From the NCBI RefSeq assembly GCF_026210795.1, contig NC_089434.1, positions 2,418,001 through 2,482,000 on the forward strand: a DNA stretch of 64,000 bases, given 5' to 3'. This stretch comes from Rhizophagus irregularis. Taxonomy: Eukaryota. The notes under the pieces are model-generated. The model searched no databases. It saw nothing but the letters and a program-made list of their open reading frames with translations, and had not been told where the DNA came from. The translations under genes were made by a program, and so were the position numbers. Every line of letters begins with the position of its first letter. Within the stretch, counting starts at the first letter, position 1. Positions 35,511 through 50,428 of this stretch are shown piece after piece.

Positions 35511-38500
35511 TAAAATATCTTACTTGTATAAAATTAAATTATTGAAATAATTAATAAAATCTTATCTTTACTTAATTGTTACCTCTAAAATAAACCTTAT
35601 ATTGAACAATTCAACAATTATTACCAAAATTTTATTCAGTTACCAATTTTACGTTTCTTTGCAGCTCTTGTATGAGTTTTAATTTCACCACGTGCAAAAA
35701 TATCCTTCCCTGCACTTCGGCACAATGTACAGCATGGAAACAAGGATTTGTATTTCAACTTAAGACTTTCTGGAGGTTCTACCAATTCATTATCATGTCC
35801 ACACTAATAGCAAATATCGCCATTATTAGTACTTTTTCGGCATGAATAATATGCCAATTCCATTGGCATTTCACAACTAATTTTTTCTCGTACAAAAATT
35901 TTGTTGTATAGAATATTATCCTCTGGTACAAATGGTGATCCACAACTGTAATCCCAATCATCTATGGAAATTTGGCATGCTATCTTATCTTCTGCTGATA
36001 ATGCACGCTCACTGTAAAGACATCGTATCTTTCCATATTGAAAACATTGAATAAACTCACGAACTTGTGTATTTGTAAAAATGGATGATGGTACACGTTC
36101 ACTATTTGCCATTGTTGTCATAAGTGTTGAACGATATTGTTCTGTTGTTCCTGACCGATATGCTGTTTGAAAATTAGCATAATGATCTTTATCCACTACA
36201 ATTAATGAAATTTTGTTTGTCAAAGATTCTATATATAATAAAATAAAAAAATCTTATGACGCACTTGTAGAAGGAATAGGATTTGGAAGCCAATCAAGTG
36301 AGTCAAAAATGTCATCTGAAAGCCAAACAGATTGACAAATAGTACATGACAATTGACCACATTTTTTTATCTGTTTATAAAATAATGAGAATTTATTCTA
36401 TTATAAATGTATTAAATTGATGCTTAAAAAATGAAACTAACTCGCCTGAAAAACATATTGACGCTGCCTGCTATGTGTTTTCATGAATTGTTGTAATTGT
36501 GTTTTTTTTGATAAAATATCACTTATTGTTTCTGAAATCTTTAAAGTTCGATCAATCAATAAAATTATTTAAAAACATTGTGTTATATTAGAATAAATAT
36601 TAATGAATTTTCAGTATTAACGTTAAGATATGTAATTTTCTAAAATTACTTACATTAAAAAATTCATCAATCATAGTTTTATCTGCTGGATCATAGCACT
36701 GAAATGATTCATCATGTAAAACTAATCTTTCTGTACGACCTTCCAATATCTGTTGTACATGTGTTATACATTTACATAAATCACTCTGCAAAGTTTCATT
36801 TGTTTTAGCAGCAGCACGAATTTCATCTAATGTATCCAATTTAGCAAATGCAGTTTCTGATTCTGGACTCATAGTATCTCTAACTAACGCCACACCCTGT
36901 AATCCTAAATTCAATATAGACATGATCCTTTCTGCGGGATTGGTCCAGCTATGATGTGGCGCTGTACACATAACAATAAGCATATCAAAATTTCCATGTA
37001 AAAAAAGACAAATAAAAGAAATTTGAACTGAACCAAATATTGTTCGATGGTCTGGACTACCATCAGTGTAAAGGCATAGAATAGGAGGAATATTGTTAAG
37101 ATGATGAGTAAAAATTGCGTTATAAAACTCAGTAGTATGCCTGATAGCACTACTAGGTTGGAATACTGTATCTTTAAATGAAACAAATACTTTTCCACTA
37201 TAAAATGAATCTTCAATAGATTGGGAAATATTGCAAAAGAATATTACAGAAGGGGTAAGTGATAACTTTGTGAAATCATGATCACATGCAATTAAAGGAG
37301 TTTCTTGAAAAACTATAGTTTTTCTATTGCGAACACCAGTAGAAGTATTGATACCTTGTCCAACAGAAACTTTATGTTTATCATCTGCACATATAAATGA
37401 GACATACTGTTGATACAAAATTGCAAATTCTCATAAATATCGAAAAAGAGCTGCACAGTAATGTGTATCTGGATGGTCTTTACGAAGCTGTCTTGCTTGA
37501 ACCATAAATTTGATATTAAAACATCCAGTATATTGTTTGGCACTTTCTGTTATTGGATTTGTTGGTTAAAACTGCAAATGTATCCATTCTTCACTTGGAA
37601 TTAAAACAGTTTCAGGTATAAGTTTTTCATTTAACCGTTTAGTGATTATTTCACGAAGATCACGTATTGAAATAGCAAGTGGCATATATAAAACATTTCC
37701 ATGTCGCCGATCATTAACTGCTGGTGAATTCTTAAAATATGAAAATTAATTAATTAAATATCAATACTTTACACATAAAATAAAGTAATTAAGAAAATAA
37801 TTTACTTCATTAAAATAAGCTCCTATCTCATCCCAGAAGGTATCAAATTTTGTTCCTTTAAATCCATTATTTTGACATAAATCACATATAATTGATGGAT
37901 CTTCCATTGTTAACATGAGTTGAAGCCGTTCTTCCAGCTCTTTACAAATATCATTTGATGTTACAGCAGCATTGCCACTTAAATCATAATATGAAATGCG
38001 TAAAATAGCAGGTGTAATATTCTTAACTAATGAATACTATTAGAATTATATATGACTATTAGTACATTTAATTCAAAATATTTTTTCAAGTAAAATTCAA
38101 ATAAAATTAACCTTTCCTAACACATTTTTTCGCATTTGTCGAGTGAAATATTGTGGCAATTTTTCTTGAATAGTTGCTAGCACACGTGCTTGTGCAGTTT
38201 CTGATTGGTTTTCAGGATTAATTGGAACTTTCCAAATATAATTAAGGGTACCAAGATAATTGCCATGATAATACCAATATAAAGTAACAGGAAACTGTAT
38301 CTGAAGATCTTTAATATAACGGTACCGTTGCATTGCATCTTCAGGTAAAAAACTATCCAAATTAATTTCGGTATAATTAGCCATATTGGATAGGTGATCT
38401 TGAAGTTATTGGTATTGTGCATAAATTTTTTGACAGGAATCTACTGTGTATACCTTTAGATCATTAGCTGGCTGACGTGCTGCTATATCACTCAAGTGTA

Positions 38501-38858
38501 TTTGTTTCATAGATTTGTTAATTTGTTCTAAGTTGTTTGCATATTTTCGCATTGAAGATGTAAAAATAAAGACTTCTTCAATAATATTCTCCTAACTTTC
38601 GTTAGCTGCCCATGGTTGAGCTACTGATAATTCTAATGAAGAAGCTAATTTTTCAAGCTTGTCATGCTCAAGATTATATTTAGCATGCTTTCCAGTAAAA
38701 TAATAAAGATTATAATTTTGTTCTTTTTGATATTGATCTAATTTATTGAATAATTCTCCAAGTAAAAGTGATCGTTCTGTAAATTTTATACGATGTGGAT
38801 CTATGTACCACAATGCTGCTGTTAGACGTTCAACAAAACTCTTTCCAAAAGTATTTTG

Positions 38859-39154
38859 AGGACCCCGGATATCTAATATAAAGGTCATAATGGACTTTTG
38901 GCCAAAAACACCCCTTTTTCATGCTCAAAAAATCGTTTTTTGTAAATATCTCAGCATCCAGTAATTCAATTTTAATGAACATTTTTTTATTTTGTAGCCC
39001 TCATTTAGCTCTACAATTTAAAAAAAAGTTCATCAAAATTGGACCACTGGATGCCGAGATATTTACAAAAAACGATTTTTGATTTCAAAAATAAAAATGG
39101 GCCAATCTGCCGAAAGTGTGACTTATGACCTGTTTTGGAGATATCCGGGGTCCT
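38859..39154 (+). mobile_element. AGGACCCC MITE, copy 3, inside Zator transposase 2
   Basis: Same TIRs; 8-bp TSD GTATTTTG (38851-38858, 39155-39162). Confidence 0.95.
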
Positions 39155-39577
39155 GTATTTTGTGTTCCATTTCTCCATCCAACCATTTTACTTCGAAATA
39201 ATTTAATGATGTTATTATAAAGTAAATCCTTGCGAGTATCTTCTTTTTTCTGTTCTGGAAGACAAATACGTTGTGAAATATTCATAATTAAATCAATTGC
39301 ATTTGGTCTTTCTTGAACTGTAGTTTCAGTTGCTTCCAAAATGAATTTAATATGTGTAAAATTAAGTTCAAATAACATAGATACATCACCCTGCAGTCCT
39401 TCTTCTACATAAACCCACTTTTCTGGAGGCTTTCTTAAAAATACTTGAATACCTCCTAAATTTTCAAACTGGTTATTTGTTGCTATGTTAAATACGTTGT
39501 AAAACTGGCAACAGTCTGTAAGCAACACCTTTACAATCTTATCTGAAATGATTGTTTTTGCTTCTTTAAGTACACAC

Positions 39578-42500
39578 TAAACATGGGGCCCGAAACCTCT
39601 ATGAGGATTTCCGAAAGTTTCGGGTTTCGGAATATACGAATCGAAACCTCATCCGAAACCCTAAACTATTTCCAAAACTCGAAATGAAACCCGAAACCCA
39701 AAACTAGTTTCGGTTATCCCGAAACTAATCCCGATACTCTGAAACTAATTCCGATTCCCGAAACTAATCCCAATTCCCGAAACTCTTTTTTATAAATTGA
39801 TTGGATCAATTGGATCATCAATTCGTCATTGTAGCTAAAAAAAGAGATTGATCATATTTGATAATCTTTTTTTTATAAGAATCAAGTCTTAAAAAAATGA
39901 CGGATTGTACACCTTCAAATTCAAAAAAAAATAAGACTGCAATATATGGCGGACGCCCAAAAAAGCCTATATGGAGATTTTTTGAACAAGGAGAGGAGAT
40001 AGATAAAGGGCATTATATTGCAATATGTTTGGCTTGTAGGCAGACTTTCCGACCTGGAAAGACAACAGCTATGGAAAAACATATAATTAGTAATTGTTTA
40101 AAAGTAGACCATTCAATTCGTGAGGCTGTCATATATATGGTAGAAGCACATGAACGTGAAATCTCTTCTGGTGCTAATGTTAAACGCCAAAATAATGATC
40201 AAACTATTTTGGAAGATTTTTATGAAAGTTCAGATTTAAGTAAGGAACGAAAAGAAGATATTGATACAGCACTTATTAAGGCATTTGTATGTTGTGGTTT
40301 ACCGTGGCATCTAGTTGAGCATCCATTTATCATTGAATTATTTAAGCAACTTAGATCAAATTATAGTCTACCAGCTAGGAAGACACTTGCTGATACTACG
40401 TTAACACAGGAAATCCTACGCGTTAATGTAAAGCTATATAGGTTGCTTGAAGAAGAGAGTAATTTAACACTAGGCAAGTATATTTATGCAAAAGTTATAC
40501 AAAACTTAAAAATTTTAATATTAGAATTTTTTTTTTGAACTTTAATTAAGCCTTGGATGGCTGGACGAGCCCATCAGGGAAATCTCTCTGGAATTTTATT
40601 ATTCATCTTGGCAATGGACGGGATATTCTTTGGAAAATTAGAGATTTTTCGGGTGAAAGTCATACTGCTGAGTTTCTTGCTCAACAAATACAGTTAATTA
40701 TTGAAGAAATTGGCATCCAAAAATTTGCGGGTATTGTAACAGATGCTGGATCAAATGTTCATTCTGCACGAAATTTAATTTCTGGAAAATTTCCACATAT
40801 TCTTAACATTCGATGCATAGCGCATTCATTGAATCTTATTACAAAAGATTTGATTAAACACACATTTGCAAAAAAAATTATTCAATGGTGTTCAGTTATT
40901 GTGACATATTTTAAAAAGTCACATAGGCCTAAAGAACTATTAGAATTAAAAATTTTAGAAAAACAAATTGATGGGGGAGGATTAAAAACATATTTGGATA
41001 CAAGATGGACAACTGTTTATGAAATGTTAAATTCAATTTCATGACTGGAATTGTGTCTCAAAGAAGTTGCACAACTTTTACTATTTGATTTTTTATTTTA
41101 TAATAAACAAATTACATTGTTATTAATTTTAATTTTTTTTTTATTAAATATTCTTATAGGTTATTAATGAAAACTCTACTATTATTACAAGTGAGGCAGT
41201 CAAAACTATTATTAATCGGAAACGTAGGTTTTTTAATGATGTCTATGATTTATCAAATGTTATGAAGCCTATTAGAGATGCTATTCTTAGTCTTGAAAGC
41301 AGTAATTCAACGCTAGCAGATTGCTATTTTTCTTTGGCGTGTCTTGGTCAATCAATTAACAAAATTTCTGAAAATGAAAATGTTAACTTTCGTCAGCATG
41401 CAATAAAATCTTTTAATGAACGTTTTAAAATGTATGATTTTGATGAATATCTCTTATCATATTATATTCACCCAGGTTATAGAGGTAAAAAAATTAATAT
41501 TTATTATTTTAATAATGATAATATAGATAGAAAATTAACAATTTTCATAATTAATAAATAGGTTCTGGTGTGAAAGCATGCCAATATCAAAGAATTCAAA
41601 GTGCAGCTGCACGTATTTGGCAACAAATGTTAAAGATTTCTAACATTGCTGCTTACCTCAAAAAATTTAATCACACCAAAAAACAATCAGCAGAAATTCT
41701 TTTGGCGCAAATTGGTGAATTCTACTTACAATCAGTACCATATAATACACCCTATAATTCACAGGTAAATACACCACTTAGCTGGTAGAAGATGTATACA
41801 CCTGTTCCGCCTTATTTACAACTGCTCGCAATCAAATTATTCTCAATTATTCCACATGCAGCTAGTTGTGAGAGGGTTTGGTCGATTTGTGGATGGGTGG
41901 TTGGAAAAAGGAGAACGCGATTATTAACTGATAATTTAGAAGCTATAGCAAAAATACATTCTTATTATATTGCCAATAGTAGATCTGAATTACCTAATTA
42001 TAGTAAAGATCGAACTGCTGATGAACTTTGCGCAATTTTAAATGATGCTAATCTTTGTGATGATGATGAATATGTTGATGATTATAACGAAGAGGAAAGT
42101 ATAAAGTTGGTGTCAAGTCCACCTGTTGATGATGATCGTGAACAAGTTCCATCTCAGAATTTGGAAATTTTACAAGTGCTAGATCTGGATTTAATGTTTA
42201 GAGATAATTTAACCGATAAGCAATTAGAATTAGATGGGATTGATGATTTTATTCAAGAGTTAGATAAGGAAGACGATTTTGATCCAGATTTATTGGTTCA
42301 AAATTTTAATTCATAATTAATATAATTTCATGTAAATATGTAATAACGTTTAAATTAGTATAGTATTCATATATAATATAATTTTAGTTATAAATATTAA
42401 TAAAATTTAGTAAAATAACATAAAGTTTCGGTTATATTTCGGTATATAAGTTTCGGGATAGTTTCGGGATAGTTTCGGGTTTCGGGTTTTGGAAAATAAA

Positions 42501-42580
42501 TGCATGTTCCGAAACTAAGTTTCGGTATATACCTAAACCTAAAGGGTTTCGGGGAGTTTTGGTTTCGTGCCCCATGTTTA
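39578..42580 (+). mobile_element. hAT DNA transposon (3.0 kb)
   Basis: TIR TAAACATGGGGC(C/A)CGAAACC; 8-bp TSD GTACACAC (39570-39577, 42581-42588); CCGAAAC subterminal arrays. Confidence 0.95.
39897..42316 (+). pseudogene. hAT transposase with BED zinc finger; three introns (the first, 40474-40550, is GC-AG); premature stops
   Basis: W..F...C..C...H....C BED finger; DGWT, VTDAGSN, CIAHSLNL, TRW, SCERVWS; stops at about 41042, 41225 and 41786. Confidence 0.9.
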
Positions 42581-42843
42581 GTACACACACAACAAAGAAA
42601 CCCATTGTGCAACAAAGATATTGGGTACAAAATTGAAAAAGTATATTTATATGTTAATAAAAAGTCACGGCCGATCTATTGGTAAAATACGGCTGATCTA
42701 ATGGTCAATTTTAATGATCTGATTGTAAATCACGTGATTAATTTTAACCAATCAAATTGATAAAATATGTGTTGTTCAACTGTCCTTTATTTGTCCAATG
42801 GGAGAAGGGGTTATGTTAAACAAAGGTTTGGATTTGAGCGGCC

Positions 42844-45800
42844 TAACTCTAGAATCAATTATTCATGATGCTGATGTCAACAAAAATCCACTTTGGATTC
42901 TTTTTCAAGACATATCCAAAGCTTTCGACTCGGTTGACCTAACTATGTTACTTTTTGCTCTCGAACGTATATGCCTTTCAGCTCCTGCTGTCAAGTTTAT
43001 TCTTTCACTTTTTATGAAATGCACTAGTAGCATTTTCACTGCTCATGGATCTACTCCTGCCTATAGGGTTCACATTGGTATTGACCAAGGCGAAGATATC
43101 TCTCCTCTTTTATGAGTTATTTATATCGATCCCTTACTTACTGTCTTAAAGAATGAAATAATGGACCCTTATGTTCTTTCTATACCTTTTTTGATTGCTT
43201 CTCAAAATTCTTCCCCTAATCTATGTGTCAACAATTTAGTATTTATGGATGACTCTACTCTTGTCTCCTCATCATAAGCTGGCATGAAATCTATGCTTTC
43301 TATTACAAAAGAATTTTATCAGATTAATAATACCTCTGCCAATCACAACAAATATGTGTTAATTACTAATTCTTTACCTTTAACTTCGAGTTCTACTCTT
43401 TCCCCTATTACTTTTAATTTAGAATTATCCTCTTTAAATAGTGTTCCTTTTATCACTATTACTTCAATTTCTATGACAACTTCTTTTCATTTTTTAGGTA
43501 TTTGGTTCAACATTAAAAGCTCCCGTGATTTTGTCAAGAAACAACTTAAACGTGAATGCAATTCTTTTGCTGTAACCATCTGACCTGTGAAACTTTCTGC
43601 CAAACAAGTTGTGTATTTACACAATGCTGTCCTCATTCCAAAACTTGAATATCAGATGCAAGTGACTCATTTGTCTGAACTGGACTGTTACCTAATAACG
43701 AGAAGTATTCGTTCTGTGGTGAAACACAAAGCTAATTTTTCCCGATCTTTGCCCAATCCTATTTTATTTTTATCTCAAGCGTTGGGCTTGATTAATTTGT
43801 TTGCTCATCAACGACAATGTCATATTACCAATTTATTTTTAATGGCTAATTCTTCTTCTTTTTTCATTCAATCTCTTTTTATTTATAGATTGCGTTTACT
43901 TCAATATAATTTTTTGATTCCTATTTCTCCCCTTTTAATTAAGGACTGGTCTATATGGTTTTCTTTTTTTTCTTTTAAGAAGGATTATATCGCATGCACT
44001 ATTGCTCTCCTGAACTCTACCCCTTTTCATTTGCTTCATACTTAACTTTCGAAGCTTCTGAATTTACCCCTGCTGGATGGACGCGTTCCTTTATTTGAAT
44101 GCATAACGCCGAAAGCCTTTAAAGCTTATTTGCCTATCCTGCGTAAATGACAATTGTTTTATTTGTTACAACTTGTTACTCCACAAGGCACGCATCTAAT
44201 TTCTTGGAAGGCCTATTATGATAATTTGGTTGGACGACACGGCCCTGGTTATATTCCCTATTCGTATAAAGATATACAACTATCTTCTACCATTCCTGAT
44301 TCTAATAATCGGTTGATCGATGAATATATTATTCCTTCATCTACGACCAATTTTTCAAGTTACGAATTGGAATCTTGCTTTTCCTCTCTTCCTACCACCA
44401 TGAACTGGATTGTTACATTGGATGGCTTGGGATCTCTCCTATTTGGTAAACAACTTTTGGTCCAGGCTAAAAGTGATACTTGCTCCATTGTACATTGGAT
44501 TTCTTCTGATTGTGATTCTTCGCCTGGCGATATCATCAAGCTCACTCCCTGTCCTGGCTGTGCTGCTCATACTCCTTTACTTCCTTCCAAAAAACAGAAT
44601 GATGACTTAACTCTTTGTACTATACAGAATGTCTCTCTACAACATTCGTTGATTTTGCCTACTACTAATGAGCAGATTAGATGCAATACCTCTGAAGTGG
44701 TCTCACTTTATACTTGGGCCAATATAGAAGATGGTGTTTGTTTACATTATAATAGATGGGATATTGCTCCTGATTTTTCTTCTATAGATGCCATAGAAGC
44801 TCCTGTTACTTCCACCACTATTGAATTCTCAGCTGCCGCTGTTTTTGCCAACTCTCCTTTAATTCCTTCTATAGATTCACGCTATATCTTTTTCACTGAC
44901 GGGTCTCTTATTAACTTAGGAACTCCTGACGTCTCTATGGGCTGGTCTTGGATACAAATTGTACCGGATGCTGGCTTTCCTAACTCCATTGCTACTCATG
45001 CGCATGGTATTATTCAGGATAATCCTTCCTCTTCCCGTGCTGAAGCTGCCACTATTTACGCAGTTTTAACCATTTCTCCTTGCAACTCAGAAGTTACTAT
45101 TTATACTGACTCGCAAACTGCTATTGATGGCCTTCGAGGTTGTTCTACCTCTATTTATTCGAATAGCTGACTTTATTACAAAACTACAAACTTTGAACTC
45201 TGGGCTATTATCGAACATACCATCCTTTTCAAGAATTTGACTGTGCTTCCCGCTAAAGTTAAAGCTCACTCTGGCAATTATTTAAACGATTTTGCTGACT
45301 CCTTGGCCAATACTGCTCATACTGCATCGTCCAGTATTTTGATTTCTGGACTGGATCTTGCATCTGCTCATGATTTTGTTTTAACTTATGATAATGATGT
45401 TGTCTGCAAGTCCAATCCTAGACACCTTCTCAAACAATATTATCAAACGCAATTAATGCGTGACTTTTTACAGTTGACACGTTTTACTTTACTTCTTTAT
45501 TATTATCTAATATAGATTATGTTGTTGACTGGGATCTTACTTGGTTTACTTTGAAATTCGACCCTCTCATGATGCATTTTTTACCTTTGATCATGCTTCA
45601 CGGCACCATACCTTTAAATTTAAACTTTTCTTGGATGATTTACCTACGCTGGAAAAGCTTAAGAGAACTTGTCCAGACTTATACATGAATGAATTAACTT
45701 GCTGTTCCTGTATTGACCGCATGGAAGACTTGATGCATTTTTTTATGTGCAAAAAATGACGTTTACATATGCAACAAATTTTTCAATCTTATCAAAACCA

Positions 45801-46591
45801 TTTGATTTCTAAAATCCAAGAAGCCGGTAAATTGGCTGATATCGATCCAACTCCGTTTATTACTAAACTTATTTCTCTTTCATGCTGGTCCTTTTCTTCT
45901 ACAAATTGGTCCTCCTACGCCCTTGTCTGTGGCTGTTTGCCTAAACTCTTCATTGACTTATTTGTCAATTTGTCTATTCCAAGGAATTCTGCGATAAAGG
46001 TTGTCGCTGCTATCTATAACAATTTTGTTCAGAAATTCAGAAGACGAATTTGGAATCCGCGTTCTTATGAGAAAAGTAGATAGGAAAACGTGATGAATAT
46101 TACTTATAAGTTGAAAACTACTTCAAAGCCATCTAATTTGCCATTGCTAACGTACACATTTTACTCCTCTTTACCATCTATGACCCTACATGATTCACGT
46201 AACTCTGAAACCAATTGGTTGAAAAACTCGATGAAATTTGGTTTGCCTTGGTTCAATCACTTTTCAGGTTTTATGGGTCATCTAACGATGCTACTTAATA
46301 ACAGCTTTTGCAGGATAGAGTGTCAATTTTTATAGTGGGCGTGCTATTCGTTATTTTGTTAGCATAGTTGCTTCTACTTTGGTTGGAATATATCAAGGAG
46401 GAAGATCTGGAGAAATTTAGTGTAATGCGATTTTTCTTTTTTAGATTAATTTTTCACTTTATTTTTTCTTAGGAGACTATATAGTTTTGTTTTTAGTTAG
46501 TTTTATTTTTATATTTTTATTTTTATTTTTTTGTAAATTGTAAAGTTTGAATAAATTTAATAAAGATAAAGGCTACTATGCCACGTTTGCC
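42844..46591 (+). mobile_element. LINE copy 2, 3' portion (RT to 3' end)
   Basis: Collinear with about 28748-32476; ends CCACGTTTGCC plus the target 14-mer. Confidence 0.9.
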
Positions 46592-48834
46592 TAGTTTTTG
46601 ACCAGTAGTAACTCTCTCCTGAATTTTTCAAAAACGAAAATTCTGATGAAAAATATTTTTTATTATTTTTAAAAAATAATACAAAATACTAATAAAATTT
46701 TATATTCCCAACTCAAAGTCCTCTAAAATGTCTGGTAACTATGCCAAGAGAGGCTGTAGTAGTCATAACTCTAACAGTAGGAAAACTACCCATCACGAAA
46801 GAAAAATAATAATAACTCTGATAACTCAAGCTCCGATGGTGAAATAACTATCCAGCAAAAGCGTACTCGTACGTTTACTGAAAACTCTATGGAAGAAGAT
46901 TATGTTGCTGATGACCAGATGGCTGACGTTGGAGTAGATGGTCCTTCCTTTCCTCCTCAACAAAATATCTCTGGCGAAAATACTTTGACCTTTTCCCTGA
47001 AAAATTCTGCTGTGCCAACTGCGTCCAGTCACGTCACGTCTTCTGGAAATGTAGATGCGTTTATGCATGCACCTTCAAACAAAGACAAGCAACAACCCCC
47101 TAACTCGTCGCCCGATTTGGATATCAATGGTGCTCCTTCTGGTGATCATAACCCAGATCCAGTGGTGATTCCCGCCATGATCAGAGAATATTTTCAGGCT
47201 GCAGCTGCGCCAAATGCTGCCCCTGAATCCCTTAAAAAATTCCCTACTAATAAGGCTTTCATTGAAGCTGTAAACAATCTTTTTTTAGAAACTTATGATT
47301 CATACACTGGCAAAGCACGTATAATTGGTTCTGGCGAAGCCAACGCCTCGTTATTCATTTTCATACTGCCGAAGCATGTGACTTATGTGCTGGTTCTACC
47401 CATCTTGAGTTCCCTGATTTGGTATTCCATGCATATGACCCTCGCCAACTCCGATCTAATGAAGATCTCCAAGCTATCTAAGTTACCACCCTATAAAAAA
47501 TATATATACAGTTAGTATACTGTATTTTCGTATTTTGCGAACAGTATATTTATAGTATTATTACCGTATAATTACAGTATTTTCACATACTGTATATATT
47601 CGGTATTCTGCACATCGTATCATATATACATACGGTTTTCATACAGTATATTTTTCCAGTTTTACCCGTATGTTTTATACTTGTAAACAGTAGAAAAACT
47701 GTATGTTTTATACCAATAAACAGTATATTGTTTTATATTTATATTGCGAACAGTATACTTTTCCAGGATAAACTGTATATTTTATACTGATAAACAGTAC
47801 TTTTTTCCAGTTTAAACTGCATATTTTGTACTGATAAATAGTATATATTATTTAATTAAATCGTATATTTTATATTTGCAAACAGAATTTAAAATGCATT
47901 TATAATCAATAAAATTTTTATTAAATAATATTAAATATACAAATATTTTTTATAAATAATATAAATAAAAAACTAGTATAAAATAATATACTATTTGTAA
48001 AAAAAATAATATTAGCAAAATATAAACAAAAAAAAAGAAATTTAATTAGTAATATTATCATTATTTTAAATATAAAAAAGGAATAATAAAAGGTTAGTAA
48101 AAAAAAGAAATTTAATTAGTAATATTATCATTATTTTAAATATAAAAAAGAAATAATAAAAAGTTGGTAATATTATTAATATATTAGTTAGATATAAAAA
48201 AGTAATAAAACGATAGTAGTAATGTTAGTAATATATTAAAAAATTTAAATAAAATACATAAAAGTAATAAAACGATAGTAGTAATGTTAGTAATATATTA
48301 AAAAATTTAAATAAAATACATAAAAGTAAAAAAAAAAATATAATTAATATATGTTAACATATAATATTAATATAAAAATAAAAACATAAAACGGTGTACA
48401 TATAGTTGTTTAATTAATATTGTTAAAATTCACCATTACAATTCCAGAGAGATATTAGTGAAAGTCAGTAATTGTTAATTGATATATGTGCATATCACTT
48501 TTTGTATAATTAGTAGTTTGGTACAAATATATATATTATATATTATCAAAATAAGTTTTTTATTTAATTTTTATTATTATATGTTAAAATAATTTTGGTA
48601 TTCATTTTTATTGTCTTTTTTTTCTAAAAAAAAAGAAGAGAAAAGAATATTTTTGAAAAAATAAACAAAAAATAAACAATAACGTGTTATTAATGCATGT
48701 AATCAGCAATCAGCTGAATTTTAATTGGTTAAATATAGAAATGTGAAAATTAAAAAGCAGAAGTATTTTTTTTAAAATTTAAATCATACAGATTGTTTTT
48801 AAAGTTTAATTAGTAATTTAAAAGTTCTTTTTTT

Positions 48835-49097
48835 TAATAAGAAAATTTGTAAAAATTTTTCTTAATACTGCTTAATTTTTAAATTAAAGCCTTAATACTA
48901 AATTAGCTAAATTAGAATTAAGAAAAATTTGTGAGAATTTTCTTTGATACTGCTTAATTTTTAAATTAAAGCCTTAATATTAAATTAGTTAAATTAGAAT
49001 TAAGCAGTATTAAGAAAAATTCACAAGAATTTTTCTTAATACTGCTTAATTTTTAAATTAAAGCCTTAATACTACTAAATTAGTTAAATTAGAATTA
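48835..49097. repeat. Hairpin-containing tandem repeat (80-92 bp unit, about 3 copies), block 1
   Basis: AAGCAGTATTAAGAAAAATTC..GAATTTTTCTTAATACTGCTT palindrome plus AAATTAAAGCCTTAATACTAAATTAG. Confidence 0.8.
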
Positions 49098-50184
49098 ATA
49101 TATGGGCTGATTTATGGAATTAAGTTTTTATATTCAAAAAACTAACTTGATTAAGAAAATGCAAATACAAGTTACATGAAAATGATAAATTCACACCGCT
49201 GATATAAATAAAATTGATTATTTTTTGATTTTTTTTAATAATATCATTAAAATTAAAAAATTTAAATATAATTGTCATGACAAAATGTTGAATAACTTAA
49301 CGTGTATGTGTGCTAGATGAATGAATTTATATTCATTAGAAAGAGGTAATCAAGAGCTATCAATAAACCAAATATCACATGAATTGGATCACAAGTTGCT
49401 GAATAATTACGTTCAATATATTTATTTTTAACCTTTGACTTTGATCGTTAATATCTTCACATCTAGTAATTCGATTTGAATAATCTTTTTTCGTTCAGGT
49501 AGAGTAGATTCTGGGCTTTCATATGAATATAAATATATGTGTTTAGCATATATGTACGCCGAGATATTAACGATTTTGTTAATTGAATAAAACTCTGACA
49601 CAAAAATTTTTAAAATTATAATTCTTACCAAAAGATGATCTTTACAGGTATTATTAGGCTCTTTTTACTTTACTTAACAAGTTTTTATTTGCCATTTCTG
49701 TTTTAAATTGAATAAATTAATAAAATCAATTTTAAAAAGTAATTAACAAGTAGAATAAAATTAGTATAGTAAAAAACAAAAAAAAACATCTCAAAAACTC
49801 TAAATCATAACTCACATTTTTATTTTGTATATATTTTTACTAAAAAAAAGAAGGAAATAAGGTTAAAAATAAATGAAAAAAGATTTTTATTAATTATTAA
49901 TATTTGTTTTCTTACTTACTGATTAAAAAAAACCTGCTATATATGTCTATAAACTTTTCTAAGTCACCTAACAAAAATCTGATTGAAAAGTAATTGAAAA
50001 GTGATTGAAAAAAAAAGTAGTTGCCATTGTTATTTTTGAATAAATGTTAAAAAATTTTTTTTTTATTTTTTGATAGATTTAGATCATCTGATTATGTAAC
50101 ACATACAATTTAAGCTTGTGAAACATAATTCTTGTTAAAATGTGCAAATCTTTATGTTTGGCTAATTTCACGAATTGGTAGATA

Positions 50185-50428
50185 TAAGCAGTATTAAGAA
50201 AAATTCGCAAGAATTTTCCTTGATACTGCTTAATTTTTAAATTAAAGCCTTAATACTAAATTAGTTAAATTAGAATTAAGCAGTATTAAGGAAAATTCGC
50301 AAGAATTTTTCTTGATACTGCTTAATTTTTAAATTAAAACCTTAATACTAAATTAGTTAAATTAGAATTAAGTAGTATTAAGAAAAATTCATGAGAATTT
50401 TCCTTAATACTGCTTAATTTTTAAATTA
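50185..50428. repeat. 92-bp hairpin tandem repeat, block 2 (same orientation as block 1)
   Basis: Unit starts at 50185, 50277 and 50369. Confidence 0.85.

Larger units (their letters stand above)
35636..42605 (-). pseudogene. Zator transposase 2 (divergent from transposase 1), intron-containing, split by a hAT and an AGGACCCC MITE
   Basis: ADDKHKV.VG, DHDFTK, LYTDGSPDH, APHHSWTNPAERIMSILNLGLQ; ATG at 42605 reads MGFFVVCVL-KEAKTIISDK once the hAT is removed; stop TGA at 35638-35636. Confidence 0.8.
35511..42843 (-). mobile_element. Zator DNA transposon 2; only the 5' terminus (at 42843) is visible
   Basis: ...TTTGGATTTGAGCGGCC|TAA followed directly by LINE ORF2 sequence (CC terminus, TWA site); no matching GGCCGCTC end found near 35500. 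Confidence 0.6.

Noticed and set aside
50185..50428. CRISPR-like array of palindromic repeats
   Set aside because: The sequence between hairpins is also repeated (no unique spacers), the context is eukaryotic and there are no cas genes.
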